Of a DNA stretch of 64,000 bases, positions 11,695 to 23,012 are shown in pieces. The stretch is from Microcoleus sp. GTDB taxonomy: Bacteria; Cyanobacteriota; Cyanobacteriia; Cyanobacteriales; Microcoleaceae. The translations under genes were made by a program, and so were the position numbers. The stretch spans positions 4,000,001 to 4,064,000 of the forward strand of contig CP181291.1 in the NCBI GenBank assembly GCA_052279835.1. Direction: 5' to 3'. Positions within the stretch are counted from its first letter, which is position 1. Each line of letters opens with the position of its first letter. The notes under the pieces were generated by a model that searched no databases, was not told the DNA's origin, and was given only the letters and a program-made list of their open reading frames with translations.

Positions 11695-11734
11695 AGCCTA
11701 GAGACGCAGGTATCTGCCTCTCTGGGCTTTTTTT
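11695..11734 (+). terminator. Rho-independent terminator after amtB
   Basis: agcctagagacgcag/ctgcctctctgggct stem followed by a T run. Confidence 0.7.
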
Positions 11735-12163
11735 AAGTTTTTTTTAACGAACCGCGAAGACGCACGCCAAGAGCGCGAAGAAGGAAGAGGAGGAAGAAGG
11801 TTGAAAGCAGAGAATGATGCGTTGCTGTTCTACTTGTTCGCCCAAGTGTCTCTTTCTTCTTCCTTCGTGTCCTTCGCGTCTTCGCGGTTGAGTCGTTCTT
11901 CCCTGTTTTGGCGCTTTTTTTTAAGTTTTTTTTAACGAACCGCGAAGACGCCAAGAGCGCGAAGAAGGAAGAGGAAGAAGGTTGAAAGCAGAGAATGATG
12001 CGTTGCTGTTCTACTTGTTCGCCCAAGTGTCTCTTTCTTCTTCCTTCGTGTCCTTCGCGTCTTCGCGGTTGAGTCGTTCTTCCCTGTTTTGGCGCTTTTT
12101 TTTAAGTTTTTTTTAACGAACCGCGAAGACGCCAAGAGCGCGAAGAAGGAAGAGGAGGAAGGG
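11726..12163. repeat. Tandem 187/181-bp units (2 full plus a third left end) = internally deleted copies of the GxxExxY unit
   Basis: Units start at 11726, 11913, 12094; each has IR aaccgcgaagacgccaagagcgcgaag ... cttcgtgtccttcgcgtcttcgcggtt enclosing fused gene ends. Confidence 0.9.
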
Positions 12164-12598
12164 TTAAGATGTGAGAATTATGCGTTTGATGCCTTCTTTG
12201 AGGATCGGAACGTTGAAGTTGATCAGAAGGCCTAGGCTGTTTTTGGTCATTTTAAGATAGGAGATAACTTGGGCTTCATGGATGGGAGTTAGCTTTTCGA
12301 CAGCTTTTAGTTCGACAATTAGGATATCCCCAACCAGAAAGTCTAATTGACCTTTGCCTACTGGATAACCTTTGTAGGTTATTGCTACTGGCTTTTTAGG
12401 TTGACAAGGTATCCCCCGTATCCGAAATTCAATTTCTAAGGATTCCTGGTACACTGACTCTAAAAATCCTGGCCCCGTCAGCCGATGCACCTCAATCGCC
12501 GCTCCAATCGCTCTATAGGCTAACTGTTCTACCTGTTCGCCCAGTTGTCTAATTCTTCTTTCTTCTTCCTTCGCGTCCTTCGTGTCTTCGTGGTTCAT
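12164..12598 (-). CDS. GxxExxY protein (PD-(D/E)XK nuclease fold)
   Basis: GPGFLESVY, LDFLV, VELKAV, AQVISYLK, GLLINF; likely start MNHEDTK inside the inverted repeat. Confidence 0.92.
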   Translation of the reverse strand: MNHEDTKDAKEEERRIRQLGEQVEQLAYRAIGAAIEVHRLTGPGFLESVYQESLEIEFRIRGIPCQPKKPVAITYKGYPVGKGQLDFLVGDILIVELKAVEKLTPIHEAQVISYLKMTKNSLGLLINFNVPILKEGIKRIILTS

Positions 12599-12732
12599 TC
12601 CTTCTTTCCTTTCAATCCGTCGATCGTACAAATATCATATCCCCTCTTCCCTTCGATCGGCCGATCGTCCCGATCGCACCCCACCCGTTCTAAAATTAAA
12701 GGTAATTAACCTTAATTTGAAATAGACACACC

Positions 12733-13938
12733 ATGGATACTAAAGCTTTTAAGCGATCGCTACAACAGTCGGAAAATTACCACCGTAAGGGTTTTGGTCA
12801 TGAAGCTGAGGTTACGCAGGTGATGCAAACGGCTTATCAAAGCAGTCTGATTCAGGAAATTCGGGACAATAATTACAGGCTGGAACGCGGGGATGTCACT
12901 ATTCGGTTGGCCGAGGCTTTTGGTTTTTGCTGGGGTGTGGAACGCGCTGTAGCTATTGCTTACGAAACTCGTCAACATTTCCCTACAGAACGGATTTGGA
13001 TTACTAATGAGATTATTCATAATCCTTCTGTGAATCAACATTTGCGGGATATGGCAGTTGGTTTTATTGCTGTTAATTCAGGTGAAAAAGATTTTTCGGT
13101 GGTGGATAGTGGTGATGTGGTAATTTTACCGGCTTTTGGGGCTAGCGTTCAAGAAATGCAGTTGCTCAATGATAAGGGCTGCAAGATTGTTGATACAACT
13201 TGTCCTTGGGTTTCTAAGGTTTGGAATACTGTTGAGAAGCACAAAAAGAAGGATTATACTTCGATTATTCACGGTCAGTACAACCATGAAGAAACTGTGG
13301 CGACGAGTTCTTTTGCTGATAAATATTTGATTGTTCTGAATTTGGAACAAGCTGAATATGTCAGCGATTATATCATTAATGGTGGCGATCGCCATGAGTT
13401 TTTGGCGAAGTTTAGCAAGGCTTATTCGGCTGGTTTTGACCCGGATGTGGATTTAGCACGGGTTGGTATTGCTAACCAAACTACTATGCTCAAAACAGAG
13501 ACGGAGCAGATTGGTAAGTTGTTTGAAAAGACTATGATGCGTAAGTTTGGACCGGATAAGTTGAACGACCATTTTTTGAGTTTTAATACTATTTGTGATG
13601 CTACTCAAGAACGCCAAGATGCTATGTTGAGTTTGGTTGAGGAAAAGTTGGATTTGATGGTGGTCATTGGGGGTTTTAATTCTTCTAATACTACTCACTT
13701 GCAGGAAATTGCGGTCGATCGCACTATTCCTTCTTATCACATTGATTCTGCAGAACGCATTCTACCAGGCAATCGGATCGAACACAAGCCTTTGGGGGCT
13801 GATTTAGCGATCGCTGAAGGCTGGTTGCCGGAGGGTAAGATTGTGGTGGGTGTGACTTCTGGTGCTTCGACACCGGATAAGGTGGTGGAGGATGCGATCG
13901 AACGTATTTTTCACAGCAGTATGGTTGCTGTTGGTTGA
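12733..13938 (+). CDS. ispH: 4-hydroxy-3-methylbut-2-enyl diphosphate reductase
   Basis: [43 protein letters not shown]. Confidence 0.97.
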   Translation: MDTKAFKRSLQQSENYHRKGFGHEAEVTQVMQTAYQSSLIQEIRDNNYRLERGDVTIRLAEAFGFCWGVERAVAIAYETRQHFPTERIWITNEIIHNPSVNQHLRDMAVGFIAVNSGEKDFSVVDSGDVVILPAFGASVQEMQLLNDKGCKIVDTTCPWVSKVWNTVEKHKKKDYTSIIHGQYNHEETVATSSFADKYLIVLNLEQAEYVSDYIINGGDRHEFLAKFSKAYSAGFDPDVDLARVGIANQTTMLKTETEQIGKLFEKTMMRKFGPDKLNDHFLSFNTICDATQERQDAMLSLVEEKLDLMVVIGGFNSSNTTHLQEIAVDRTIPSYHIDSAERILPGNRIEHKPLGADLAIAEGWLPEGKIVVGVTSGASTPDKVVEDAIERIFHSSMVAVG

Positions 13939-14060
13939 TGCCAACCTCAAACCACAGAATATCTAGGTATCGGACTGCTTCAATAAATCTGGTACCTGAT
14001 ATCCAGTCTTGCTATGGCTTAGGTTAAAATGCTACAATACTTAAAAAATATGGTAGTTAG

Positions 14061-14558
14061 GTGGACAAACTTCAGGCAGAGATAGAGGCAATTTGCTCTC
14101 AAATTGAAACGCTACGACGGGAGCGCCAGCAGATTAGTATTGCCGCGATCGCCCCAGTAGGTGATTCCCCTCAAGCCATCGCCGATGCTTACCGCCGTCA
14201 CGCGAGGGAAACAGCACAAGTGTCGGCAGAAATCAAGGGGATAGATGATGCGATCGCCGCTTTGTCTTCTCAATTGAGTCACATGGAAAACCACTCGGTT
14301 CAGGTGCGAAAATTAAGTCCGATGGAACAGCAAGTGGCAGAGGGTAGAAATCTCGCTCGCACTCATGCTGAACGGATTAATGAATTGGCTGCGGAATTGG
14401 CGCAGGAGGTGAAAGGGCTTAAGGCGATCGCCGACCAAATCAGCCCCAGCTATTGGCAGGTATATTACAAGCCTTTTATTACAGGTTTTAAAAGTATTTC
14501 TGTTCCTTATGTGCGATCGGACGGCGATGTTTGGACGATCGTCAATCGAGTCGTTTAG
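14061..14558 (+). CDS. Hypothetical coiled-coil protein
   Basis: 165-aa ORF with heptad pattern. Confidence 0.7.
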   Translation: MDKLQAEIEAICSQIETLRRERQQISIAAIAPVGDSPQAIADAYRRHARETAQVSAEIKGIDDAIAALSSQLSHMENHSVQVRKLSPMEQQVAEGRNLARTHAERINELAAELAQEVKGLKAIADQISPSYWQVYYKPFITGFKSISVPYVRSDGDVWTIVNRVV

Positions 14559-14642
14559 AATGTTGAATCAATCCTCATGCACTCCCTCCAGCAAGAATTC
14601 AAACTCAACAATTCTGAAGGTAATTTCATAGCATCACATTCA

Positions 14643-15449
14643 TTAAACAGCAGTCAAAACATCGGCGAGTTTAACATGACCGCTGTTAATCACTTTGGCT
14701 AACACACCAGTTTGTGCGTGACCGAATTCTTGTTGCAGTAAACTGAGTAACGCCATATCCCGATCGCCCGTTTCTGGATTCACTTCTATATTGACACAGC
14801 GACCAATTCGTGCTGTAACTTCAATTAGTGCCTTACCTAGTTGAAACTGTTGACCAATTAACTCAAATTCTGACCAAGGTGCCATACCTTCTAGGACAAT
14901 ATTCGGGCGAAATCGGGCTACATCAATGTGGCTACCGGCCCTTGCTGTTAATTGGTCTAGTGTTGCTTGACTGAGTAAAGAAATATGTACGGGTTCTCTG
15001 TCAGGATAGCGAGTTTCGCCACTACTATTTCCTGCTAAATACAAAGGTGAGCGTTGCGGGTGTCTGGCTTCCTTGGTGGGTTCAATGGTGGCTAGATATT
15101 CGGTAAAAAAGCTGCTGATGCGATCGCGCCCCGCTACTGTATTGGTTGCTGCTGTTAATACTTCCACTCCTCGATGCTTAACTGTTAAAACTGCTGTTTC
15201 GGGTTCATACTCACAGGATAGGGCTGCTAAAGCCGGCCAATCGTTTTGGACAGCAAAATGTTTTTTGCTCATCCAAGGCAAATTTTCGGTGAGGTTTTTT
15301 TCAGTTTCAATATAATCTGCAAAGATTAAGGCAAAAGCTCGATCGCCCTTAATGCCGTGTCCTGATGTTAAGTCCAAGTCAGACATTGGTTGCGGTGTGA
15401 GACCTTTAATGGGGTAAGTAAATAATTGTTTTATGGTTGGTGTTGTCAT
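14643..15449 (-). CDS. MOSC domain-containing protein
   Basis: YPIKG, GDRAFA, RFRPNI, RC motif. Confidence 0.88.
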   Translation of the reverse strand: MTTPTIKQLFTYPIKGLTPQPMSDLDLTSGHGIKGDRAFALIFADYIETEKNLTENLPWMSKKHFAVQNDWPALAALSCEYEPETAVLTVKHRGVEVLTAATNTVAGRDRISSFFTEYLATIEPTKEARHPQRSPLYLAGNSSGETRYPDREPVHISLLSQATLDQLTARAGSHIDVARFRPNIVLEGMAPWSEFELIGQQFQLGKALIEVTARIGRCVNIEVNPETGDRDMALLSLLQQEFGHAQTGVLAKVINSGHVKLADVLTAV

Positions 15450-15527
15450 TTTGTTAAGACCCGGTAAATTCAACTATGAGGAAAAAAATGGGTTACTAAC
15501 AGGAATAAATTAGATTTCAACAGTAGC

Positions 15528-15827
15528 TCAAGCTAGCAATTCATAGCGACGGATATCTGGCGGTGCAACTGCTAAACCTTCTAATTTCATGACAGCCTCT
15601 TGAATGTGATTTGAAGCCAGATGTAGTTCCAGTAAATCGGAGCTTTCCCACTCTTCAACAAAGGTAAAATCAGTGGGGTCTGCCTGATTTTGCAGCAGTT
15701 CGTATTTGATGCAGCCCGGTTCTTGGCGAGTTGGCTCCATAATGCTCAGTAACAGGGATTTAAGTTCGGCTACTTTTTCGGGAAAGGCGACGAGGCGTGC
15801 GACTACTCGCAAGGTTGGTTGTGACAT
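15528..15827 (-). CDS. ABM-family putative quinol monooxygenase
   Basis: TRQEPGCIKYEL, FTFVEEW, LHLASNH. Confidence 0.88.
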   Translation of the reverse strand: MSQPTLRVVARLVAFPEKVAELKSLLLSIMEPTRQEPGCIKYELLQNQADPTDFTFVEEWESSDLLELHLASNHIQEAVMKLEGLAVAPPDIRRYELLA

Positions 15828-15875
15828 AGGAGCTAGGAAAAAAGAGAAGTACAAATAATATGATACCTTCTGGTC

Positions 15876-16562
15876 TTAATCTTTGGGATAAAAGCGCTTA
15901 TTTTTGATAGAATATTCCCAGGCGATCGCCTCTGGGTCTTTTTCGCTGCTCCACTGGGCAAACTCTGGCTTGAGTTTCCACTTACCGATGGTGCTAGCGT
16001 GAACTTTAAATCTGCGGGATAGTTCGGTCTGGGTAAAAGATATTTTGGGATTGGTAGTGGCTTTTTTGGGGGAAATGGGGAATAAATCAGGACTTTTAAT
16101 TGAGACTTTTTGCGGATTTGTTTCTGCTGCTTTGACAGGAATTTCTCCGATTTCCCCAGGAATTGTTTCGGCTAGATTCCCAGTAGGAGCTATTTGGAAA
16201 TAATACAAGATTCCACCTTGCTCAGTCACTTCAAAATCTGCTCCAAACTCAGAGGCGCGCTCGTCTAGATACTCTTGAACTTTGGCTCCAGGGAGTTTGG
16301 CATTCATCGCCAAATCCAAAGCAGTGACTCGCCCTTGATTTTCCTTGATTAATCGGTAGAAAACTGAGTCTAAATGAGCCAGTTTATGTTTTTGTTGCTG
16401 CTGGTAGAGCTTGTAAGCCCAGCCCATACCCGCGGCGGCTGCGATCGTCCAAAACATCCCTCCCGACTCAAAACTGGCAACCGCCGTTAAGGAAATAGGC
16501 AAAAGTAGGGTAAGATATCCCCAAATGTTACCTTTCTGTAGGTTATTGCTGTTTTTTACCAT
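15876..16562 (-). CDS. Hypothetical membrane protein with winged-helix/HTH-like domains
   Basis: Two N-terminal hydrophobic segments; GRVTALDLAM; C-terminal TQTELSRRFKVHASTI. Confidence 0.65.
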   Translation of the reverse strand: MVKNSNNLQKGNIWGYLTLLLPISLTAVASFESGGMFWTIAAAAGMGWAYKLYQQQQKHKLAHLDSVFYRLIKENQGRVTALDLAMNAKLPGAKVQEYLDERASEFGADFEVTEQGGILYYFQIAPTGNLAETIPGEIGEIPVKAAETNPQKVSIKSPDLFPISPKKATTNPKISFTQTELSRRFKVHASTIGKWKLKPEFAQWSSEKDPEAIAWEYSIKNKRFYPKD

Positions 16563-16592
16563 AGTTCCTAAATAGGGACGTAGTGAGGATTA

Positions 16593-17078
16593 ATGTACTT
16601 TTTACCAAAACAAATTGCCATCATTCCGCTGGTTGCTGCTTGCTGTTTGTTAACTGTTAGTTGCCAAAAAGATGACCGAGTTGTCGAATGTACTAAATTG
16701 ACAGAAATTGTCACTAAAGGCAACGCACTGATTGAAACTAAAAAAGACAGCAACGATACAGGGACTACCAAGAACTTAGCTAAAGACTTAAACCAGACAT
16801 CGAAAGAATTAGAGTCTCTGACACTGACAGACACCAACCTCAAAGAATTGCAGAGTCAGTCAGTTAAATCGTTCCGGGAAATGGGTCAAGCAATTCGAGA
16901 CATAGGCAAAGCTCTTGAGGCGGGAAATCGTGCTTCTACAAGTATAGAAGGTCGAGAGCAAATCCGAAAAGCTCAAGCAGATATTATCAAAGCTGGACAG
17001 CAAGCGAATGATGCCGCAGCAGCTCAAGATGCTATGACTGAGAAACTGATTAATTACTGTAAGAGCAAAACTCAATGA
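16593..17078 (+). CDS. Hypothetical helical lipoprotein
   Basis: Signal peptide with TVSC lipobox-like motif. Confidence 0.65.
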   Translation: MYFLPKQIAIIPLVAACCLLTVSCQKDDRVVECTKLTEIVTKGNALIETKKDSNDTGTTKNLAKDLNQTSKELESLTLTDTNLKELQSQSVKSFREMGQAIRDIGKALEAGNRASTSIEGREQIRKAQADIIKAGQQANDAAAAQDAMTEKLINYCKSKTQ

Positions 17079-17566
17079 TGGATTTCTAAATTCAAAATAT
17101 ATCGACCTAGTTGCACTTTTTCCGACCACAGTTCGTATTCTAATCTCAGGTGTTCCGGTTCCGGCTTTCCTGTGAGAATTAATTGGCGGGTGAAGTTGCG
17201 AAGCCGTAACTGTTCAGGAGTTACTAGAGATTCTCCCTGAAGCCAATAACGACTCAGGCCGTACATCCCTCGCTCCCAGCAGTGACGGTAACTGTATTTG
17301 CCGTTTCCTTGCATAGTCATCACTACTCGATAGGGGGAAACTTCTAGCCACAGCAACCGCGGTTTTGTAGTAGTTGGTAAGATAGAAACTGGTTCGTTCG
17401 AGCTATCGTTAAATGTGCGATCGAGTACGGCTGGTTCGTGTAACAATAAGTGAAAGCGATCGGTGTCTTTTTGATACAGTGTACCAGCAGTTTCAACGAC
17501 TGACCATAGGGGTAAATCTGTGGATATCAGTGATAGACTTACAGGCTTGCGGTGATGCGTCAGCAT
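17072..17566 (-). CDS. Conserved cyanobacterial hypothetical protein
   Basis: 164-aa ORF, LWLEVSPYRVVMTMQG. Confidence 0.7.
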   Translation of the reverse strand: MLTHHRKPVSLSLISTDLPLWSVVETAGTLYQKDTDRFHLLLHEPAVLDRTFNDSSNEPVSILPTTTKPRLLWLEVSPYRVVMTMQGNGKYSYRHCWERGMYGLSRYWLQGESLVTPEQLRLRNFTRQLILTGKPEPEHLRLEYELWSEKVQLGRYILNLEIHH

Positions 17567-17833
17567 AATAATAAAAAATCTAGAATTTGTGATGGAAGAT
17601 CGAAGGATGGAAGTCAGAAGATTTTGTCTGATACCTCAAAAATGTAACATGGGCGATCGCAAATCTCCAATTGTGTCGATCGTCATTCAAAAGTTAACAG
17701 TTTGTAAATTTAGGTAAATACACGGATAGAAATTGTAAATTTTTCGTAATATTTGGATTTTTTGTGTACATTACTGACTAATGACTAGGAAGACGCTAGG
17801 ATAACTAACGCCATCTCATCACAGTTTATCTCA

Positions 17834-19189
17834 ATGCAAGCTGCCATTATAACCACTACCCAAATCGGCGAAAGTCAAACTTTAAGCATTCAAAAACCCG
17901 CCTCTGGCTGGTCGCTACAAGGTCGGATTCGGATTCCTGGCGATAAATCAATTTCTCACCGAGCTTTGATGTTGGGTGCGATCGCCCACGGTGAAACAAC
18001 TATTGAGGGCCTGCTGCTGGGAGAAGACCCCCGGAGCACTGCTAAATGTTTCTCACTCCTGGGAGCGAAAGTTTCGGAACTAAACACGGAGTTGGTCACA
18101 GTCGAGGGTGTGGGAATTGGCGCATTAGAGGAGCCTGTGGAAGTCTTGGATGCGGGTAATTCGGGCACGACGATGCGGTTGATGTTGGGGATTTTAGCCT
18201 CTCATCCAGGGCGTTTTTTTGCAGTGACGGGGGACAGTTCCCTGCGATCGCGCCCCATGTCCCGTGTCATTAAACCGCTGCAACAAATGGGAGCACAAAT
18301 TTGGGGGCGACGAAATAATTCTCTAGCACCTTTAGCGGTACTTGGACAGCAATTAAAAGGGATTCACTACCATTCCCCCATCGCCTCGGCTCAAGTTAAA
18401 TCTTGTATTCTACTGGCCGGTTTGATGGCCCAGGGAGAAACGACGGTTACAGAACCGGCTTTGTCACGAGATCATAGCGAACGGATGTTGCAAGCTTTTG
18501 GAGCCAAATTAACAGTAGATCCTGAAACTTGCAGCGTTACAGTGACAGGTTCTGCTCAACTCCAAGGGCAGAAAGTAATTGTACCAGGAGATATCAGTTC
18601 GGCGGCTTTTTGGTTAGTTGCTGGGGCGATCGTCCCTGGTTCCGAGTTAGTAGTGGAAAATGTCGGTATCAACCCAACTCGTACAGGCATTTTGGAAGCT
18701 TTAGAAATGATGGGAGCTCACGTTGAACTGCAAAATCAGCGGGTGGCGGCTGGGGAACCGGTAGCCGATATTTTGGTGAAGAGTTCCGCCCAGTTGCGGG
18801 GATGCACCATTGCTGGTGACTTAATTCCCCGACTGATTGACGAAATTCCGATTTTGGCAGTAGCGGCAACTTTTGCATCTGGTACAACCATCATTCGGGA
18901 TGCGGCCGAGTTGCGTGTCAAAGAGAGCGATCGGCTAGCTGTGACTGCGACGGAACTCAACCGCATGGGTGCTCAAATTACCGAGTTACCCGACGGTTTG
19001 GAAATTACTGGAGGAACTTCTTTAACCGGCGCTGATGTTGATAGTTACACAGACCATAGAATCGCGATGAGTTTAGCGATCGCAGCCCTGAATGCCAGGG
19101 GTACTACTAATATTCACCGAGCCGAAGCTGCGGCTATTTCCTACCCAGATTTTACCGCTACTTTGCAACAAATTTGCCATCCAAATTAA
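17834..19189 (+). CDS. aroA: 3-phosphoshikimate 1-carboxyvinyltransferase (EPSP synthase)
   Basis: [44 protein letters not shown]. Confidence 0.98.
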   Translation: MQAAIITTTQIGESQTLSIQKPASGWSLQGRIRIPGDKSISHRALMLGAIAHGETTIEGLLLGEDPRSTAKCFSLLGAKVSELNTELVTVEGVGIGALEEPVEVLDAGNSGTTMRLMLGILASHPGRFFAVTGDSSLRSRPMSRVIKPLQQMGAQIWGRRNNSLAPLAVLGQQLKGIHYHSPIASAQVKSCILLAGLMAQGETTVTEPALSRDHSERMLQAFGAKLTVDPETCSVTVTGSAQLQGQKVIVPGDISSAAFWLVAGAIVPGSELVVENVGINPTRTGILEALEMMGAHVELQNQRVAAGEPVADILVKSSAQLRGCTIAGDLIPRLIDEIPILAVAATFASGTTIIRDAAELRVKESDRLAVTATELNRMGAQITELPDGLEITGGTSLTGADVDSYTDHRIAMSLAIAALNARGTTNIHRAEAAAISYPDFTATLQQICHPN

Positions 19190-19194
19190 CAATA

Positions 19195-19294
19195 GTTATT
19201 GGTTATTGGTTATTGGTTATTTGTTGTTGGTTATTTGTCATTGGTTATTGGTTATTTGTTGTTACAACTAACCACTAACCACTAACCAATAACT
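19195..19294. repeat. STRR heptamer arrays (TTGGTTA)n and inverted (TAACCAC/TAACCAA)n between convergent genes
   Basis: Visible directly; the two arms can form a hairpin/bidirectional terminator. Confidence 0.85.
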
Positions 19295-19301
19295 ACTCCC
19301 T

Positions 19302-19739
19302 TTAAGAATCTTTGCCGATAACTTGTTCTTTTAAAGATTCTATTTCTGCTAGCAATTCTTGGCGATCGGAAGCTTTGAGCAAATAGCGGTAAACAAACCA
19401 ACCTGCATATCCAATGCCGATCAATTCAAAAGTTGGGGCTACCAAAGGCACCTCATTCAAAGCACTGAGTACAGCCAGGGTTACTTTGACACTTACGGCA
19501 CCTGTCAAAATTAAACCCACGGTGACGATCGGCTTTTGATATTCGGCGAAAAAATTAGATACATAGACTGGCAGTTCTGACAAAATAGTCAAAACTTGGT
19601 CTTTAATATCTTGGAACTGTCCTACCGTGGTGTCTGGGGTTTCGATTTTCGCGATCGCACCTGGTTTCTCAATTACCATGTCGATTTTGGTGACTTCAGT
19701 GATTGTTTTTGTTTCTTCGGCAAAATTATCCTGTGTCAT
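19302..19739 (-). CDS. curT: CAAD-domain thylakoid curvature protein (CurT-like)
   Basis: LNEVPLVAPTFELIGIGYAGWFVYRYLL.ASDRQEL. Confidence 0.85.
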   Translation of the reverse strand: MTQDNFAEETKTITEVTKIDMVIEKPGAIAKIETPDTTVGQFQDIKDQVLTILSELPVYVSNFFAEYQKPIVTVGLILTGAVSVKVTLAVLSALNEVPLVAPTFELIGIGYAGWFVYRYLLKASDRQELLAEIESLKEQVIGKDS

Positions 19740-19919
19740 TTGATACTTTCCTCAATTGTTAAGTTAAATTGCAACCTGAGAATTGCTGCCGTCTAATTAT
19801 CCGGTAATTAGTACAGCAAAGTTTCACAAATTGCAAGTAAAAAGGACTGACGCAGAAACTGGGTTTAATGAACAAACATACAGGGTGGACTGCTTTAATC
19901 CTGGTAAGCAATGGAGATC

Positions 19920-20927
19920 TTATTTTTTTACTCGATCGAGGCTGATTTGATTGAGACAAGGGCGTCCTTGTGCAAAATCAGTGATATTGCTGATTGTTGT
20001 GGTAGCAATATTTCTCAAAGCTTCCTCAGTGAAAAAAGCTTGATGACCGGTAATTAAGACGTTGGGGAAAGTTAACAGACGCTGGAATATGTCGTCTTGA
20101 ATTACTTGATTTGACAAATCATCAAAAAACAAGTCGGTCTCTTGTTCGTAAACATCTAAACCCAGGTATCCTATTTTACCAGACTTCAGTCCTTGAGTTA
20201 CGGCTGTGGTGTCAATCAACTGACCGCGACTGGTATTAACCAGCATCACCCCTTCTTTCATCTGATTGACGGCTGCTGCGTCGATCAGGTGGTAGGTTTC
20301 TGGTAGCAGGGGACAATGGAGACTGACGATATCGGCAGTAGCAAATAGTTCTGGAAGCGACATATATTCCATCCCTATCCCCAGACAATCGGGGTTTTGG
20401 GAAACATCGTATCCTGTGAGGCGACATCCAAATCCGTGCAGAATTTTGGCGGTAAGTGCACCAATTTTCCCAGTACCAACGATTCCGACAGTTCGTCCGT
20501 GCAGATCGAAGCCCAACAGCCCTTCTAGGGCGAAATTGTTTTCCCGGACGCGGTTGTAGGCGCGGTGGATTTTGCGGTTGAGGGATAAAATCAGGGCCAC
20601 GGCGTGTTCGGCGACGGAAAAGGGAGAATAGGCGGGTACTCTGAGGACAGTGAGTTCTAAGTCGCGGGCTGCTGCTAAATCGACGTGATTGAAGCCGGCG
20701 GATCTCAGGGCGATTAAGCGGACACCTGTTTGGGCGATCGCACTTAGTGTTTTGGCATCTAATTGGTCGTTGACGAAGGCGCAGATGGCGGGTAATCCTG
20801 TCGCCAAAACGCTTGTTTCCATGGTTAGACGCGGTTCAAAAAAAACTAAGTCGTGTTGGTTATCGACATTGGCTGCTTCCAGAAATGTGCGATCGTAGGA
20901 TTTGGTACTGAATACGCCGACTTTCAT
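19920..20927 (-). CDS. ldhA: D-lactate dehydrogenase (D-2-hydroxyacid dehydrogenase)
   Basis: [40 protein letters not shown]. Confidence 0.92.
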   Translation of the reverse strand: MKVGVFSTKSYDRTFLEAANVDNQHDLVFFEPRLTMETSVLATGLPAICAFVNDQLDAKTLSAIAQTGVRLIALRSAGFNHVDLAAARDLELTVLRVPAYSPFSVAEHAVALILSLNRKIHRAYNRVRENNFALEGLLGFDLHGRTVGIVGTGKIGALTAKILHGFGCRLTGYDVSQNPDCLGIGMEYMSLPELFATADIVSLHCPLLPETYHLIDAAAVNQMKEGVMLVNTSRGQLIDTTAVTQGLKSGKIGYLGLDVYEQETDLFFDDLSNQVIQDDIFQRLLTFPNVLITGHQAFFTEEALRNIATTTISNITDFAQGRPCLNQISLDRVKK

Positions 20928-21107
20928 GATTTTTGCCCAAAATTATGGGAATATTTAGCAATTTTTTCCAAATTAACTGTACACCAAAAATTATACAACT
21001 ACCACATTTGAATTATGTATTTTAAGAGCCACTAAAAAGAATGTTATAATATTAAGTTGGCATTCAAATTCGGGTGTTGTTTTGCCCGCTTGAGGGAGAA
21101 TTTTGGC

Positions 21108-22073
21108 ATGAGTTACGTATTTGGCATAGATGGCGGTGGTACTAAGACTATTTGTCTGTTGATGGATGAAAATCAGGTGGTTTTGGGACGCGGTGAAGCA
21201 GGGCCATCAAATTATCAAACACTGGGAATAGAGTCAGCCAAACAATCGATTCAATTGGCGATCGAACAAGCTGTTATTTCCGCTAACATCAACCCTGATA
21301 GCCATCTGAAAATAGAAGCAATTTGTCTGGGATTAGCAGGAGTCGGACGTCCGAAAGACGTGGAAATCTTGCAATTTTTAGTGCAGAACTTGCTGTTGAC
21401 TCCTAATTTACCCGTTACTCGGTCTTTCGGGCCCAGAAATATTATAATTTCTAGCGATAGCGCGATCGCACTCGTAGGCGGTACGGGCCATCCAGTCGGC
21501 CTCGCCGTTATTTCCGGTACAGGATCGATTGTTTTCGGACAAAACCACCTGGGAAAAACTAAACGAGTCGGGGGTTGGGGATATATTTTAGGGGATGAAG
21601 GTAGCGCCTACAACATCGCCATTCAGGGTTTGCAAGCTGCTTTGAGATTCTACGATGGACGGCAAGTTTATACCACACTTGCAGAGAATTTTCAAATACA
21701 TTTAGGTCTAAAAAACCTGGAAGACTTGGTAGAAGTTGTTTACCGACGCGGTTGGGGAGTGAAGGAAATTGCTGCTTTAGCACCCATTGTCGATCGCGCT
21801 GCCACAGAGGGCGATCGTATAGCTGAGGGCATTATGGATAGTGCAGTGGCGGAATTAGTGTTAGCGACAAAAACAGCAATTTCAGGGCTGTTTAACCAAA
21901 CAGAAGAATTTGAGATTGTGCTGATCGGAGGTGTGTGGGGTGGGGTGGGAAATTGCCAAAGTCGGTTTGAAACTGCTATAAGTGCGATCGCCCCTAACGC
22001 CCGAGTAATAGCACCCCGACACGAACCAGCTTTCGGTGCCGGCTTGTTAGCGTTAAATGCTCTTAACAATTGA
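21108..22073 (+). CDS. BadF/BadG/BcrA/BcrD-type N-acetylglucosamine/MurNAc kinase
   Basis: GIDGGGTKT, ISGTGS, GGWGYILGDEGS. Confidence 0.85.
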   Translation: MSYVFGIDGGGTKTICLLMDENQVVLGRGEAGPSNYQTLGIESAKQSIQLAIEQAVISANINPDSHLKIEAICLGLAGVGRPKDVEILQFLVQNLLLTPNLPVTRSFGPRNIIISSDSAIALVGGTGHPVGLAVISGTGSIVFGQNHLGKTKRVGGWGYILGDEGSAYNIAIQGLQAALRFYDGRQVYTTLAENFQIHLGLKNLEDLVEVVYRRGWGVKEIAALAPIVDRAATEGDRIAEGIMDSAVAELVLATKTAISGLFNQTEEFEIVLIGGVWGGVGNCQSRFETAISAIAPNARVIAPRHEPAFGAGLLALNALNN

Positions 22074-22297
22074 ATCTTGAGTCTTGAGTGTATCTACCTT
22101 ATCTTCCCAAACTTCTAAATTTTGCTGAGTCGATCGATTTTGGGAATTTTTAAAACTTTTGATTATCTACCTTATCTTCCCAACTTGAGGAATTGCCACC
22201 TGTCATCATTAAACTATCAAAGGAACGGAAAATCAGAAAAATTTTAGCATTTGTGCATTACCAAGTAAAGCAAAACCGAAGCAAGGAGACAATTTAT

Positions 22298-22954
22298 ATG
22301 ATTACTTCTCAAACATTGCGATCGACCACCGCAGCCATCCTCGCCCTAGGAATTACCCTAGGAACCACTGGGACACTGGTGGTAGCGAATCCCGCCACAG
22401 CCCAAAGATACTCCCAATTAGATAGTAGTATCAGAATTCCAGCCGGCAGTATAATTCCAGTGAATTATGAAAAAGATAAAATTGTTGTTACTCCCGATGA
22501 AACAGCACCTTTAAGTTTAAGAGTAGCACGAGACATCCGCACCGCTCAAGGTAGAGTTTTAATCCCCGCAGGTAGTGAAATAGTCGGTCAACTGCAACCT
22601 GCTAGAAGAGGTAATCAAAAGGGTACTCAATTTGTGGCTACAGAAATAATTGTTAGCCGCCGCCAACGCTATCGGATTGACGGAAATTCTAGCATTATTA
22701 CCAGAACCGAAAAAGTACAAAGAGGTGCTAACGGAGGTTCCGTCGCCCAAGGTGCAGCATTGGGCGCAGCAGCAGCAGCAGCCCTGGCTGGGATTACCGG
22801 CGACAAAGCCATCGCCACTGAAGAAGTATTGGGTGGTGCTGGGATTGGTGCTTTAGCGGGGGTATTGTTCGGGCGGCGCAGTGTGGATGTGATTGTGATT
22901 CGCCCGGAAACAGATTTGGGAATCAGATTGCGATCGGATATCGTCTTGCGCTAA
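22298..22954 (+). CDS. Exported TrbI-like protein with glycine zipper
   Basis: Signal peptide, IPAGS repeats, GAALGAAAAA...GAGIGALAG. Confidence 0.65.
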   Translation: MITSQTLRSTTAAILALGITLGTTGTLVVANPATAQRYSQLDSSIRIPAGSIIPVNYEKDKIVVTPDETAPLSLRVARDIRTAQGRVLIPAGSEIVGQLQPARRGNQKGTQFVATEIIVSRRQRYRIDGNSSIITRTEKVQRGANGGSVAQGAALGAAAAAALAGITGDKAIATEEVLGGAGIGALAGVLFGRRSVDVIVIRPETDLGIRLRSDIVLR

Positions 22955-23012
22955 AATCAAAGTCTTTCTAATTTATTGTGGGGTGAGATTCTGGGCAACC
23001 CAAAAAAGCAAT

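Noticed and set aside
11733..12135. ORFs of 97 and 67 aa in the tandem repeats
   Set aside because: They are translations of repeat DNA, useful only as evidence of the fused GxxExxY ends.
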